Part shown: positions 1-8,557 of the stretch, piece by piece | Layout of the letters: the number at the start of each line of letters is the position of its first letter | Position numbering within the stretch: the first letter of the stretch is position 1 | Source: Ignicoccus hospitalis KIN4/I | GTDB taxonomy: Archaea > Thermoproteota > Thermoprotei_A > Sulfolobales > Ignicoccaceae | DNA: 32,000 bases | Assembly: GCF_000017945.1 (NCBI RefSeq) | Contig: NC_009776.1 | Span: 1 to 32,000 of the forward strand | Reading direction: 5' to 3' | Notes under the pieces: model-generated | The model's database searches: none | Told to the model about the DNA's origin: nothing | Seen by the model: only the letters and a program-made list of their open reading frames with translations | Program-made: the position numbers and the translations under genes

Positions 1-142
1 GCGTCGGAGCCCGGCCTCCGCTCACCCTTACGTCGCCCCTTTCAAACTTCCTCATCCGGTCGGCTGTTCCGTTTCCGGTCATTTCTAAACGAGATCTCCT
101 GACTCCCTTACTCCTCATCCCGGAGAGGGAGAAACGAACCGT

Positions 143-1972
143 TTAAGAGCTGGGCGAAGGCAGCACCACTCCGTAGAGCGGGTTCTGTTTCCTCTTAATT
201 TTTATTATCTCTTGTAAGACGAACTTCTCGTCGTCGCTGAGCTCGTTCTTGAACTTCGTCAACCAGAGCTTGGCGTGCTCCGCCGGGACGTCCGTGTACA
301 ACACGTCGCCCTCGTGTATGTGTCGCCCGACCATGACCCTTCCCTTTATTGAAATAGCTACTTGTTGACCAGCCCTCGCCTCGGGGACGCTCTGGCCCTT
401 ATCTTGGATCTGGAGTATGCTGCCAACCCTAGAGCCGTCCTCCTTCATCAGCGGGTACTTCGGTTTTATCACGCCTCCCAGAACCTCGACGCCTACTATC
501 GCCGGGTCACTCCTTCTAAACACGAAGCCGGGGAGTATCCTTATCTTCCCGGGTCTCACGAGGGTTTCCAAGACCTTTCTCTTCTCCTCCTCGCGGAGGG
601 CCTTCAACCACTCCTCGAATTCCTCTATTAGTCTGTATATCACGTTGTGCTGGAATATCTTTATGCCCTCCTTCTCCGCCAGTTCCTTTGCTTCTGGCAA
701 AACTTTAACGTTGAACGCTAGTATCACTCCATATTCTTTGTTCTTACTCTTGACAGTCATAGCCTCTACTATGTCTCTCTTAGTGACAGGCCCAACCCTG
801 GCCATTCTAACCGGTATGCCCCTGTTCTTCAAGAACTGTACCAACGCCTCGAGAGTTCCGAGGGTGTCTGCCTTAACTATCACGCCTTCCTTATCCGTCT
901 CTATCATTACCTCTTCTACTTCTCTCTTTACTTGTTCTTTCAGCTCTTCAAGCTTCTCCGGGCTGTCCACGACGTAGACCGGTGCGCCGGCCACCGCCTT
1001 CTCCAAGCCGGGCGCCACTATCTTCACGCCCGCTGCGGCGCTCACCTCCTCCACGGGTTCGAACCTCTTAGTGGCCCTCATCTCGGTCAAGGGGGCAGGG
1101 ACGAGTAGGGCCCTCACCTTAGTCACGATGGGTCCTTCTATTCCGCCGACGACTATAGTATCTCCTTGCCTTATTATGCCATCATAAATTATCGTGTCTA
1201 TGGTAGAGCCGTAACCCGGCTCCTCCTTAACTTCCATAATAACTCCCTTGGCCGGGCCCTCTACGTACTTAAGCCTCCCCTTCATGTACCTCTGGGCCAA
1301 GCCAGCGAGCACCGCTAACAGCTCCGGTATCCCCTCACCGGTCTTAGCGGATATCGGGACTATCGCTATCTGTCTAGTGAAGTTAGTTATCCTATCGAAT
1401 CGTTCACTGTCAAAGCCGAGCTTTGCCAGCTCCCCCATAATTTCGTATATCTTGTTGTCTAGTCTCTCCCTCACCTCCTCGCTCTGCTTTCTATAGCTAA
1501 TCAAGAATGGTTGGTCGGGGTAGGACCTCCAGCCGGGTATCCGGTCTATTTTGTTCGCCGCTACCACGAACGGAACTCGCCTCTGCTTGAGGATCTCCAC
1601 GGCTTCGTACGTCTGCGGCTGAAAGCCCTCGTTTAAGTCAACGACGAGTATCGCCAAGTCCGCGACCGCGCCGCCCCTTCTCCTCAAGTTCGAGAATATC
1701 TCGTGGCCTGGGGTGTCAATGAACAGCAGCCCGGGGAGTTCCAGCTTTACCGTAGGGATTATCTTCTTTAGCGGTTCCGTAACTTTCTCTATGACGTCTG
1801 TGGGAACTAGGCTAGCGCCTATGTGTTGGGTTATCTGGCCGGGCTCCTTCAAGGCTACTACGGTACCCCTTATCTTGTCCAACAGCGTAGTCTTTCCGTG
1901 GTCCACGTGACCCAGTACGGCTACGATAGGTTGCCTCAGCCTAGGCCTCTGCTCCGCGCTCAAGTTCAACAC
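143..1972 (-). CDS. infB: Translation initiation factor IF-2 / aIF5B
   Basis: 609-aa ORF with GTPase motifs GHVDHGKTTLLDKI, DTPGHE and NKIDRIPGW, and an archaeal/eukaryotic IF5B-type C-terminal region (VRPGKIRILPGFVFRRSDPAIVGVEV). Confidence 0.97.
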   Translation of the reverse strand: MLNLSAEQRPRLRQPIVAVLGHVDHGKTTLLDKIRGTVVALKEPGQITQHIGASLVPTDVIEKVTEPLKKIIPTVKLELPGLLFIDTPGHEIFSNLRRRGGAVADLAILVVDLNEGFQPQTYEAVEILKQRRVPFVVAANKIDRIPGWRSYPDQPFLISYRKQSEEVRERLDNKIYEIMGELAKLGFDSERFDRITNFTRQIAIVPISAKTGEGIPELLAVLAGLAQRYMKGRLKYVEGPAKGVIMEVKEEPGYGSTIDTIIYDGIIRQGDTIVVGGIEGPIVTKVRALLVPAPLTEMRATKRFEPVEEVSAAAGVKIVAPGLEKAVAGAPVYVVDSPEKLEELKEQVKREVEEVMIETDKEGVIVKADTLGTLEALVQFLKNRGIPVRMARVGPVTKRDIVEAMTVKSKNKEYGVILAFNVKVLPEAKELAEKEGIKIFQHNVIYRLIEEFEEWLKALREEEKRKVLETLVRPGKIRILPGFVFRRSDPAIVGVEVLGGVIKPKYPLMKEDGSRVGSILQIQDKGQSVPEARAGQQVAISIKGRVMVGRHIHEGDVLYTDVPAEHAKLWLTKFKNELSDDEKFVLQEIIKIKRKQNPLYGVVLPSPSS

Positions 1973-2008
1973 CTCTGCAAGTCGGGGCGAAGAGGGATTA
2001 AGATGTGG

Positions 2009-2096
2009 AGCCGCCGGCGGGATTTGAACCCGCGACCACCGGCTCTCTCGGAGGGCCGTACGAGGCCGGCGCTCTGCCGGGCTGAGCTACGGCGGC
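2009..2096 (-). tRNA. tRNA-Thr (anticodon CGU) with a 14-nt intron after position 37
   Basis: Minus strand reads GCCGCCG TA GCTC..GAGC G CCGGC CTCGTA|CGGCCCTCCGAGAG|A GCCGG TGGTC GCGGG TTCAAAT CCCGC CGGCGGC T. Acceptor, D, anticodon and T stems all pair, with U73 as discriminator. Intron is at 2045-2058. CTCG pairs with CGAG between two 3-nt bulges, giving a canonical BHB splice motif. Confidence 0.95.
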
Positions 2097-2120
2097 CCGC
2101 CGGCTGGTCTGAAGAGTCCA

Positions 2121-2130
2121 TTAAATATTT
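2121..2130 (-). promoter_or_regulatory. Probable TATA box for tRNA-Thr
   Basis: AAATATTTAA on the minus strand, centred about 29-30 bp upstream of the tRNA 5' end. It abuts the stop codon of the upstream oxidase gene. Confidence 0.5.
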
Positions 2131-3431
2131 TACAGCGGTATCTTCTTGCCAGGGTTTAATATTAGGTTGGGATCAAGGGCCTTCTTGATCGCCTTCCACA
2201 GCTCCAAAGCCGGCTCGTCGACCTCGCAGCCTAGCAAGGCCAGCTTGAGGAGCCCTATCCCGTGTTCGCCGCTAACTGTGGCCTTGTACCTTTTACTCAT
2301 TTCGCAGATGATCTCCTTGGCTTTTTCGATAGCCTTTCTAACCCACTCCTCTCCCGGAGGGTGAAGCAAGTTTACGTGCAAGTTGCCGTCGCCGGCGTGT
2401 CCGAAGACGGCCACCTCCCAGTCGCGAGCGTTCTCATAAACGAACTTTATCGCTTCTGGCAAGAGGCTAACCGGAACCGCGACGTCCCAGTCTGATCTAG
2501 AACCCTTCACGAGCGTGAGGGAAGGACCGGCCAGCTTGCGGTACTTCCACAACGTCTCTGGATCTTCCTTGATACCTTCATACTTATCCAAGATTAGCTT
2601 CGTCTTTTCAGAGGAGCGCTCATCGTCGAACTCAACTAACAATAAGTATTTCTCCGGCATTTTCAAGGACATATCAGTTCTAGAATTTACCGCCCTCACT
2701 GTCTTGGGATCCATGAATTCCAGCGCAGATGGCGCTAACTCTAGGATATCCAAGACCGCTTCGCCCATCTCCTCTGCCTCTTCAAATAGCAACAAGACAG
2801 CTTCCCTCCTCTCGGGAACCCTCGAGAGCGTGAGCAAGGCCTTGGTTACTATGCCTAGAGTGCCCTCCGATCCCACCAAGAGTTGGTGGACCCTCAACCA
2901 CGTGCTGCTCTTCTTAGCCCACGCCCCGCTCCACACGACCTCTCCGACGGGCGTAACGAACTCGAGCGCCCTCACGTGGTCAGAAGTCAAACCGTACTTG
3001 ACGGCCCTTATCCCGCCGGCGTTGGTGGCTACTACGCCGCCTACCGTAGCCCACTCCACGCTGCCGGGGTCCACGGGGAACCAAAGGCCGTATCTTCTTA
3101 AAACATGGTTCAGCTCTGAGAGCCTCCAGCCAGCTCCCGCTAGGACTAACTTATCCTTCTCAAAAACCTCCAAGTCCAGCAAGAGCGAAGTGTCTACGAC
3201 TATCCCGTCGAAAGGCAAGGGGGAGCCCACGAGGCTCGAGCCCCCGCCATAGGGGTAAACTGCCACCTTCTCCTTGTTAGCCCACCTAATTACTTTCGCC
3301 ACCTCGGCTGCGTCCGAGGGGAACAAGACGGCTTGTGGGAGGTTCCCGCGGAGCGGCGAGGCGTCGGTAAGGTAAGCCCTCAACAAGCTCTCGTCGTCTA
3401 TACAGAGCACGTCGAGGGGAGGGCAAGCCAT
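2130..3431 (-). CDS. FAD-binding oxidase/dehydrogenase of the GlcD / D-lactate dehydrogenase family
   Basis: VYPYGGGSSLVGSPLP (PP-loop FAD site), YGLTSDHVRALEFVTPVGEVVW, GHAGDGNLHVNLL, and EHGIGLLK near the C-terminus. Confidence 0.9.
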   Translation of the reverse strand: MACPPLDVLCIDDESLLRAYLTDASPLRGNLPQAVLFPSDAAEVAKVIRWANKEKVAVYPYGGGSSLVGSPLPFDGIVVDTSLLLDLEVFEKDKLVLAGAGWRLSELNHVLRRYGLWFPVDPGSVEWATVGGVVATNAGGIRAVKYGLTSDHVRALEFVTPVGEVVWSGAWAKKSSTWLRVHQLLVGSEGTLGIVTKALLTLSRVPERREAVLLLFEEAEEMGEAVLDILELAPSALEFMDPKTVRAVNSRTDMSLKMPEKYLLLVEFDDERSSEKTKLILDKYEGIKEDPETLWKYRKLAGPSLTLVKGSRSDWDVAVPVSLLPEAIKFVYENARDWEVAVFGHAGDGNLHVNLLHPPGEEWVRKAIEKAKEIICEMSKRYKATVSGEHGIGLLKLALLGCEVDEPALELWKAIKKALDPNLILNPGKKIPL

Positions 3432-3441
3432 GGGCGCTTCC

Positions 3442-3921
3442 TCAGACGAGGTAGAGTATCTTACTCTTAGACGTTTCCTCGAGGTATCCTTCTCTCTTGG
3501 AATTCATGTATATTCCCATCTTATTCGGAGTTATTATCACGTAATCGTAAAGGAAGCTGCCGGGCGTAACTACGGTTAGGTACTGCTGAACGTCCAAGTC
3601 AACGGCCCTTATCTCGAAGCCCCGGTAAACCCTCCGGTCGTTGGCTACCATATCTACGGCAGGGGGTCGCGTCAACGTGGGCAGACGAGCGTAAAACGCG
3701 TAAAACGCCCTGGTCTTCACGGTAGGCTCGGAGTAACGGACTTCGCTGTCCTTAGGCAAGGTCACGCTCCGCGCGTCCAACACTATTGAATCTGCCACGA
3801 TCAGGGCGTTCCCACTAACGTCCAGCTTTAACGAATATTCCTTAAACTTTATGAAAAACGGCACGTGGCCCCCTCCGGGACCGTGAGAAAAAAACTTTTT
3901 AACGGTATCCCTACTCCCCAT
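3442..3921 (-). CDS. Hypothetical protein (about 159 aa; start moved to MGSRDTVKKFF)
   Basis: The 176-aa ORF in the track runs into the tRNA at 3936. An internal ATG at 3919-3921 gives a CDS that clears the tRNA. Confidence 0.6.
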   Translation of the reverse strand: MGSRDTVKKFFSHGPGGGHVPFFIKFKEYSLKLDVSGNALIVADSIVLDARSVTLPKDSEVRYSEPTVKTRAFYAFYARLPTLTRPPAVDMVANDRRVYRGFEIRAVDLDVQQYLTVVTPGSFLYDYVIITPNKMGIYMNSKREGYLEETSKSKILYLV

Positions 3922-3935
3922 CACCGGAGGCCTGC

Positions 3936-4012
3936 GGGCCCGTAGCTCAGCCAGGCAGAGCGCCGGGCTCATAACCCGGTGGTCCGGGGTTCGAATCCCC
4001 GCGGGCCCACCA
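3936..4012 (+). tRNA. tRNA with CAU anticodon (tRNA-Ile2 favoured over elongator Met), CCA encoded
   Basis: GGGCCCG TA GCTC AGCCAGGCA GAGC G CCGGG CTCATAA CCCGG TGGTC CGGGG TTCGAAT CCCCG CGGGCCC A CCA. All stems pair. The GGGCCCG acceptor with a CTCATAA loop resembles archaeal Ile2 (CAU) tRNAs, but isotype should be confirmed. Confidence 0.93.
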
Positions 4013-4022
4013 CCCCTTCACG

Positions 4023-4610
4023 GTGATGCGTTTGATAGAGGTCAGAATTACGGAAGAAGGGTTAGGCATCCCAACGGGCGTCGTGCCGTCCTCGGTCGTA
4101 GGGATACGCAAGGGCGACCTACTCTTCCTCCACCCCCTGGAGACGTTATACCTAGTCCTCGAGGGGGAGGCGAAAGTACTAATAGACGACGAAGAGATAA
4201 AAGACTTCAAGGAAGCCCTCTCGAGAATAATCGAGATCGTGAAGACGTGGTGCATTAAAGAGAGGAAGGGGTGTTACTTGGCCAACGCGTTCTGGTCCAT
4301 GTTTACGACATACTACAAGCTCAGAAGGAAGGGGAGGAAGGTGTTACCCGAAGGGAGGAGGGAAGGAACGCTGATAGAAATAAGGAAGAACAAGTGGTGG
4401 GCAGAGTACTTGGTCTTAGAGGAAGGCATAAAGATCTCCATCGCACAGCTCCTCGAGTGGGTAGAGGAGGTTAGGGCCAACGACCTCAAGGCGATAATAG
4501 CAGTCGTAGACAGGAACGGGAGCGTGACCTTCTACGAAGCGAGCAGGGTCACCTTGAGGGCGCCCGATAAACGCTCGGAAGGAGGCCGAGTCGCTTCAAC
4601 CGCTCCATGA
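4023..4610 (+). CDS. Probable tRNA-splicing endonuclease, non-catalytic (structural) subunit
   Basis: LLFLHPLETLYLVLEGEAKV resembles the EndA N-terminal motif. YYKLRRKGRKVLPEG ... AEYLVLEEGIKISIAQLLEWVEEVRANDLKAIIAVVDRNGSVTFYEASRV follows the EndA C-terminal fold. The HSxYLV histidine and the DFxxY tyrosine are not conserved. Recalled family motifs; no database search made. Confidence 0.72.
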   Translation: MMRLIEVRITEEGLGIPTGVVPSSVVGIRKGDLLFLHPLETLYLVLEGEAKVLIDDEEIKDFKEALSRIIEIVKTWCIKERKGCYLANAFWSMFTTYYKLRRKGRKVLPEGRREGTLIEIRKNKWWAEYLVLEEGIKISIAQLLEWVEEVRANDLKAIIAVVDRNGSVTFYEASRVTLRAPDKRSEGGRVASTAP

Positions 4611-5286
4611 TTGGGGGGTACAACGTCAAAACCTCGAACTCCACGTCGCCAAGCAACGGATGTATTTCCTCGAGCCTCTTGATCAGATCGGCGTACTCTT
4701 GGGGGGTCCCGTAGCCCAAAACCACCGCAGCCCTAACCATCTTAGGATCGACCCCCTCCTCGATCAAATTTTTCAACGCCCTTATTTGGAGCTCAAAGGC
4801 CTCCTTCTTGGCCCCCGTAACCCTCGAGAAGGCCTCGGGCGTCGGGGCCTTTATCGAGACCCTCACGAACACTTTCCTCTTGACTAAATCTTTGGCCAGA
4901 GACTTGTCATAACCTATCAATATTCCGTTGGTTTCTAACACAAAGGTTAGGCCGGCTTCGTTCACCAAATCGATAACTTTCAAGAGGTGGGTCGGACAAA
5001 GCGTGGGTTCGCCTCCGCTCACCCTTGCTAGCTCAAAGCCCCTCTCTCGGGCGATCCTTATCAACTTCTCAGCTACTTCGCTAGGAGAGTAGAACTTCGC
5101 CGTCCTCGGTATCCCTCTGGTAGCCTTCCAGCTCCAACAAAAAGCGCACCTCAGATTACAACCGACAACGTCAGCAGTCGAGATGCCGCCGTAGAACCTC
5201 GTCCCCCGGAACCTATAGTAGAGCCTCTCCTCCCCTCTACAGACGGACGAGGCGACCTTCTTGCCCAACTCTACCGGATCGTACAT
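4549..5286 (-). CDS. Radical SAM domain protein
   Basis: DVVGCNLRCAFCWSWK (CxxxCxxC), RVSGGEPTLCPTHLL, FVLETNGILIGYD. Confidence 0.88.
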   Translation of the reverse strand: MYDPVELGKKVASSVCRGEERLYYRFRGTRFYGGISTADVVGCNLRCAFCWSWKATRGIPRTAKFYSPSEVAEKLIRIARERGFELARVSGGEPTLCPTHLLKVIDLVNEAGLTFVLETNGILIGYDKSLAKDLVKRKVFVRVSIKAPTPEAFSRVTGAKKEAFELQIRALKNLIEEGVDPKMVRAAVVLGYGTPQEYADLIKRLEEIHPLLGDVEFEVLTLYPPIMERLKRLGLLPSVYRAPSR

Positions 5287-5290
5287 GGCC

Positions 5291-5671
5291 TCAGTCTTGG
5301 CTGACCGCTAGGGTGGCCGGCCTCTCGCGGACCTCTATCTTTAGGAACCTTCTGGGGTTTACCTTGGTTTCGTCCATTACTTCCAGCACTTTCTTCTCAA
5401 GCTCGAGTCGAGTATCGGGGTCCAACTCTCCAGCTATGTCCACGTCGGTGAGAATTACTCCTCTTGGAGTCCTGAAGCTTCTTATGGATACCAACCTGTC
5501 GTCGCCAACTAGGATCCGGATCTCATCCAATAACCTCGCCCAGAAGAGTGCAGGGAACCACCTTCCAAACAACCTTATCCTCGTAATCTTGGTTATGCCC
5601 AACCTTTGCTCGCCGCTGGCTTGACCTTCCTCCGGAACCGCTCTGCCTTGGAACGTTAACCCGCTACTCAA
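5291..5671 (-). CDS. Hypothetical protein (126 aa)
   Basis: Open frame that fills the gap between two minus-strand genes, separated from the radical SAM gene by 4 nt. Contains plausible strand/helix patterning (ITKITRIRLFGRWFPALFWARLLDEIRILVGDD). Confidence 0.55.
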   Translation of the reverse strand: MSSGLTFQGRAVPEEGQASGEQRLGITKITRIRLFGRWFPALFWARLLDEIRILVGDDRLVSIRSFRTPRGVILTDVDIAGELDPDTRLELEKKVLEVMDETKVNPRRFLKIEVRERPATLAVSQD

Positions 5672-5709
5672 AAGCGCGCTCCCTGAAGCGTCCTTCGCAT
5701 CGCAATTAT

Positions 5710-7683
5710 TTAACCTTTAAACGTAGGTTCCGACAGTAACGCCTTTGCGACCTCCTTGGCCGCCGTCCCCGCTTGCTTTAAAGTCGTTACCTTCTTTAGG
5801 TACTCTTCAAAGCTTAACCCCAACCTCCTCCTCCAGACGGGGTACTTCGCGTAGAGCTCGTCCCTAGCTCTCTTGTGTACGACGCAGAGCCCGTCCTCCT
5901 CGGCCACCCTCCAACAAACCGCACACCTCCCCGGAGGCTCCATTTCACCCAGAGAGTAAGCAAGGTATTCGCCCACCTCTCTCATGTGAGGTTTATACTT
6001 GGCCAATATCATTCTCATGAACTTCTTAGCCTCCTCAACTATCTTTTCCTTACGTTCCACGCCCATCATAATCTTTTTCATATCTTCTTCGAACCTCCTA
6101 GTTAGTTCAACGCTAACTATTTCGGGAAAGAATTTGCTGAGCACCAACGCCACGCCTATCCCCAGGTCGGTCGCGTATACTTTCGAACCAACATTCTTTA
6201 GATACCCCCTCTTGAACAAGGTCTCCACTATTCTGGCCCTAGTCGCCTCGGTCCCTATTCCAACCCTTTCCATCCACTTGACTATCTTCGCCTTGGTGTA
6301 CCGCTCTGGGGGCTTTGTGTACTGCAACCTCCTGGTGCACTTGACTTGGAGGCTCTCCCCTTTAGTAAAGCTCGGCAAGCTCTTTTCTTGAGGAGCCGAG
6401 AAGGGATAGTATAGCGTCCAACCCTTCCACTTGACCCTCCTACCCACGGCTTTGAAGGTCTGACCGTTAACCTCTATCACCACTTTGGTTACTTCATAAA
6501 CGCTTTCGGAAGCGAGGGTTGCCATGAACCTCCTCACTATTAAGTCGTATACCTTCATGTGGTCTGGACTCAAGTTCTTCGGGGGCTTCCCCGTAGGGTA
6601 GATCGCCGGGTGGGCCGGGTCGTCCTTGGGTCCGTTGTTCGGAGAGAAACGTCCCCTGGTTTCCTTGAAGAGGGCCTTGGTCAAGGGGCGGTATTGAGGA
6701 ACTGAGGCAATGCCCTTTAGTATGTTCGCGTAATCCAAATCCTTGGGATATTTTTGGCTATTCGTCCTCGGGTAGGAAATGTAGGCGTCGAGGTAAAGCT
6801 CTTCGGCGATGCTCTGAGTCTTCGAAGGCGAGAAGCCGTAGAGCCTCGCGGCCTCCATTTGGAGGTCCGGCAAGTTGAAGGGGTGTGGAGGTGATAGCCT
6901 TTCGTCATTTACGATGACGTCAACTACTTTTCCGAGGCAGTTTGAAATAAAGTGGTCTGCCTCGTCCTTTGTTTCGAACTTAAGTGTGGGTTCGAGGGAG
7001 ACTCCCTTAGCGCTCAGTGAGACCGAAAAATAGGGCTCCGGGACGAAGCACTGGACGGCGAGCTCCCTCTCCACCACCTCCTTTAAGGTGGGGCTCTGAA
7101 CCCTTCCGGCTGACAAACTCTTGCTCTTGCCGGTGGCCACCCTGTAAGCGTGCATCAGAGCTCGAGAGACGTTGATCCCCCAGATCCAGTCCAGCTCATG
7201 TCTCGCCAACCCCGCGTTTATCATCTCCCAGTCGAGCGGCCTCAGGCTGTTCCACGCCCTACGTATCTCGTCCGGAGTTAAGGCGTGGAAAACCATCCTC
7301 TTGCTGCGGCGGGGGTCCCCGAACCTTTCTATTATTATATACCCTATAACGGAACCTTCCACGTCATAGTCACACGCGTTAACGTAGAGGCTCGAACCGG
7401 GACTGAGGCTGCTGATCAAAGCTATGTATTTCTTCGTGTGGGAGGCTCCCTTCTCGATTTCGTAAAGAGGACGCCATTCGTAGTCGAAGACGGGGAAGCC
7501 CTTGCCCAGAGGGGCTAGGCCGAACAGGTGTCCGGCCGCCGGTACCACGACTATCTTCTTGCCGTTTGTTAGTTCCCAATAAGGGACGCCATATTTCCTT
7601 TTGACTATAGGTTTGCCGAGAGCGTTCGCTATTTTCTCGGCCGCCTTAGGCTTCTCTGCGATTACTAGTATATGGCCTTTCAT
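5710..7683 (-). CDS. topA: DNA topoisomerase I (type IA)
   Basis: TOPRIM start MKGHILVIAEKPKAAEKIANALGKP, LARHELDWIWGINVSRALMHA, SLSAGRVQSPTL, active-site region YLDAYISYPRTNSQKYP, GIGTEATRARIVETLFKRGY, and one C-terminal Cys-rich motif (CAVCWRVAEEDGLCVVH). Confidence 0.96.
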   Translation of the reverse strand: MKGHILVIAEKPKAAEKIANALGKPIVKRKYGVPYWELTNGKKIVVVPAAGHLFGLAPLGKGFPVFDYEWRPLYEIEKGASHTKKYIALISSLSPGSSLYVNACDYDVEGSVIGYIIIERFGDPRRSKRMVFHALTPDEIRRAWNSLRPLDWEMINAGLARHELDWIWGINVSRALMHAYRVATGKSKSLSAGRVQSPTLKEVVERELAVQCFVPEPYFSVSLSAKGVSLEPTLKFETKDEADHFISNCLGKVVDVIVNDERLSPPHPFNLPDLQMEAARLYGFSPSKTQSIAEELYLDAYISYPRTNSQKYPKDLDYANILKGIASVPQYRPLTKALFKETRGRFSPNNGPKDDPAHPAIYPTGKPPKNLSPDHMKVYDLIVRRFMATLASESVYEVTKVVIEVNGQTFKAVGRRVKWKGWTLYYPFSAPQEKSLPSFTKGESLQVKCTRRLQYTKPPERYTKAKIVKWMERVGIGTEATRARIVETLFKRGYLKNVGSKVYATDLGIGVALVLSKFFPEIVSVELTRRFEEDMKKIMMGVERKEKIVEEAKKFMRMILAKYKPHMREVGEYLAYSLGEMEPPGRCAVCWRVAEEDGLCVVHKRARDELYAKYPVWRRRLGLSFEEYLKKVTTLKQAGTAAKEVAKALLSEPTFKG

Positions 7684-7737
7684 GCGTTCTCCGCAACTGT
7701 ATTAGCCCTTTGATTATAACTCGACGGGCCGCAAGCT

Positions 7738-8553
7738 TTGAAGAGGAAGTGGATCGTAGAACTCCCCGGCCACATATACGATACCAAGATAATTGAAGAC
7801 CAAGTCTTGTTGGCGAACGAGAACAGGGTAGTCTCAGTCGACGACGAAGGGAAGGCCACAATCATTTTTACACACGACGCCCCCATATATTCCGTCAAGA
7901 AGACGGGAGACGCGTTACTCATGGCCGCTGAAGACAAGAGGTTAATTATTGTCGACAACAACGAAATTAATGAAGTAAATACTGACTTCGGGCTCTTCTC
8001 GTTAGACTACAAAGACGGAAAGGCGGTTGCAGGGGGGTGCTGCGGAGCCCTCTACCTCATATCTGATGGCACAATAGTCAAGAAAACTAACGTGGGAGGG
8101 CATGTATATGACGTAAGCTGGTGGTCCGACAAGGTCTTGGCCGCAAGCTTTGACGGTCATTTGTACCTCTTCGATAGCGACTTAAATTTCATAAAGAGAG
8201 TTAAAATGGCAGAAAACGTAAACACAGTCAGGCCTTGCGGAGGTTTAGTAGCAGTGGGCACTTTCGAGCCCGGAGGGGTATTTGTACTAGACGAGGACTT
8301 GGAGGTAGTGTGGAGCAAAGGAGGGTACTTGGACGTCCGGCTGGTGGCTTGGAGGGAGGGCTGCAAGGGACTTTACGTAGGCAGTTGGGACGGCGTTCTG
8401 TCGCTATACGACGAACACGGAAATGAGGTCCTAGCCGGAAAGGGGCCCCGCGGGGTCGAGAGCGGCGACTGGAGGGACGGGCGCCTAGCGGTCTCGGGCT
8501 GGGGGCGGACTGAGCTCTACGAAGAGGAGGGGGACGAGCTAGGGGAACGATAA
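7738..8553 (+). CDS. Beta-propeller (WD40/PQQ-like) repeat protein
   Basis: Repeating units such as HVYDVSWWSDKVLAASFDGHLYLFDSDLNFIKRV and LYVGSWDGVLSLYDEHGNEV. Confidence 0.75.
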   Translation: MKRKWIVELPGHIYDTKIIEDQVLLANENRVVSVDDEGKATIIFTHDAPIYSVKKTGDALLMAAEDKRLIIVDNNEINEVNTDFGLFSLDYKDGKAVAGGCCGALYLISDGTIVKKTNVGGHVYDVSWWSDKVLAASFDGHLYLFDSDLNFIKRVKMAENVNTVRPCGGLVAVGTFEPGGVFVLDEDLEVVWSKGGYLDVRLVAWREGCKGLYVGSWDGVLSLYDEHGNEVLAGKGPRGVESGDWRDGRLAVSGWGRTELYEEEGDELGER

Positions 8554-8557
8554 CGTC

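Noticed and set aside
417-977. 186-aa plus-strand ORF
   Set aside because: Antisense to infB. Ser/Thr/Leu-rich translation without motifs.
1823-2188. 121-aa plus-strand ORF
   Set aside because: Runs antisense across the tRNA-Thr gene. The peptide MWSRRRDLNPRPPALSEG is the well-known artefact of translating the tRNA T-arm.
2515-3252. 245-aa plus-strand ORF
   Set aside because: Fully antisense to the FAD-linked oxidase, with low-complexity Ser/Thr-rich translation. Shadow ORF.
3947-4255. 102-aa minus-strand ORF
   Set aside because: Covers the CAU tRNA antisense (RGDSNPGPPGYEPGAL artefact) and opposes the endonuclease-subunit gene.
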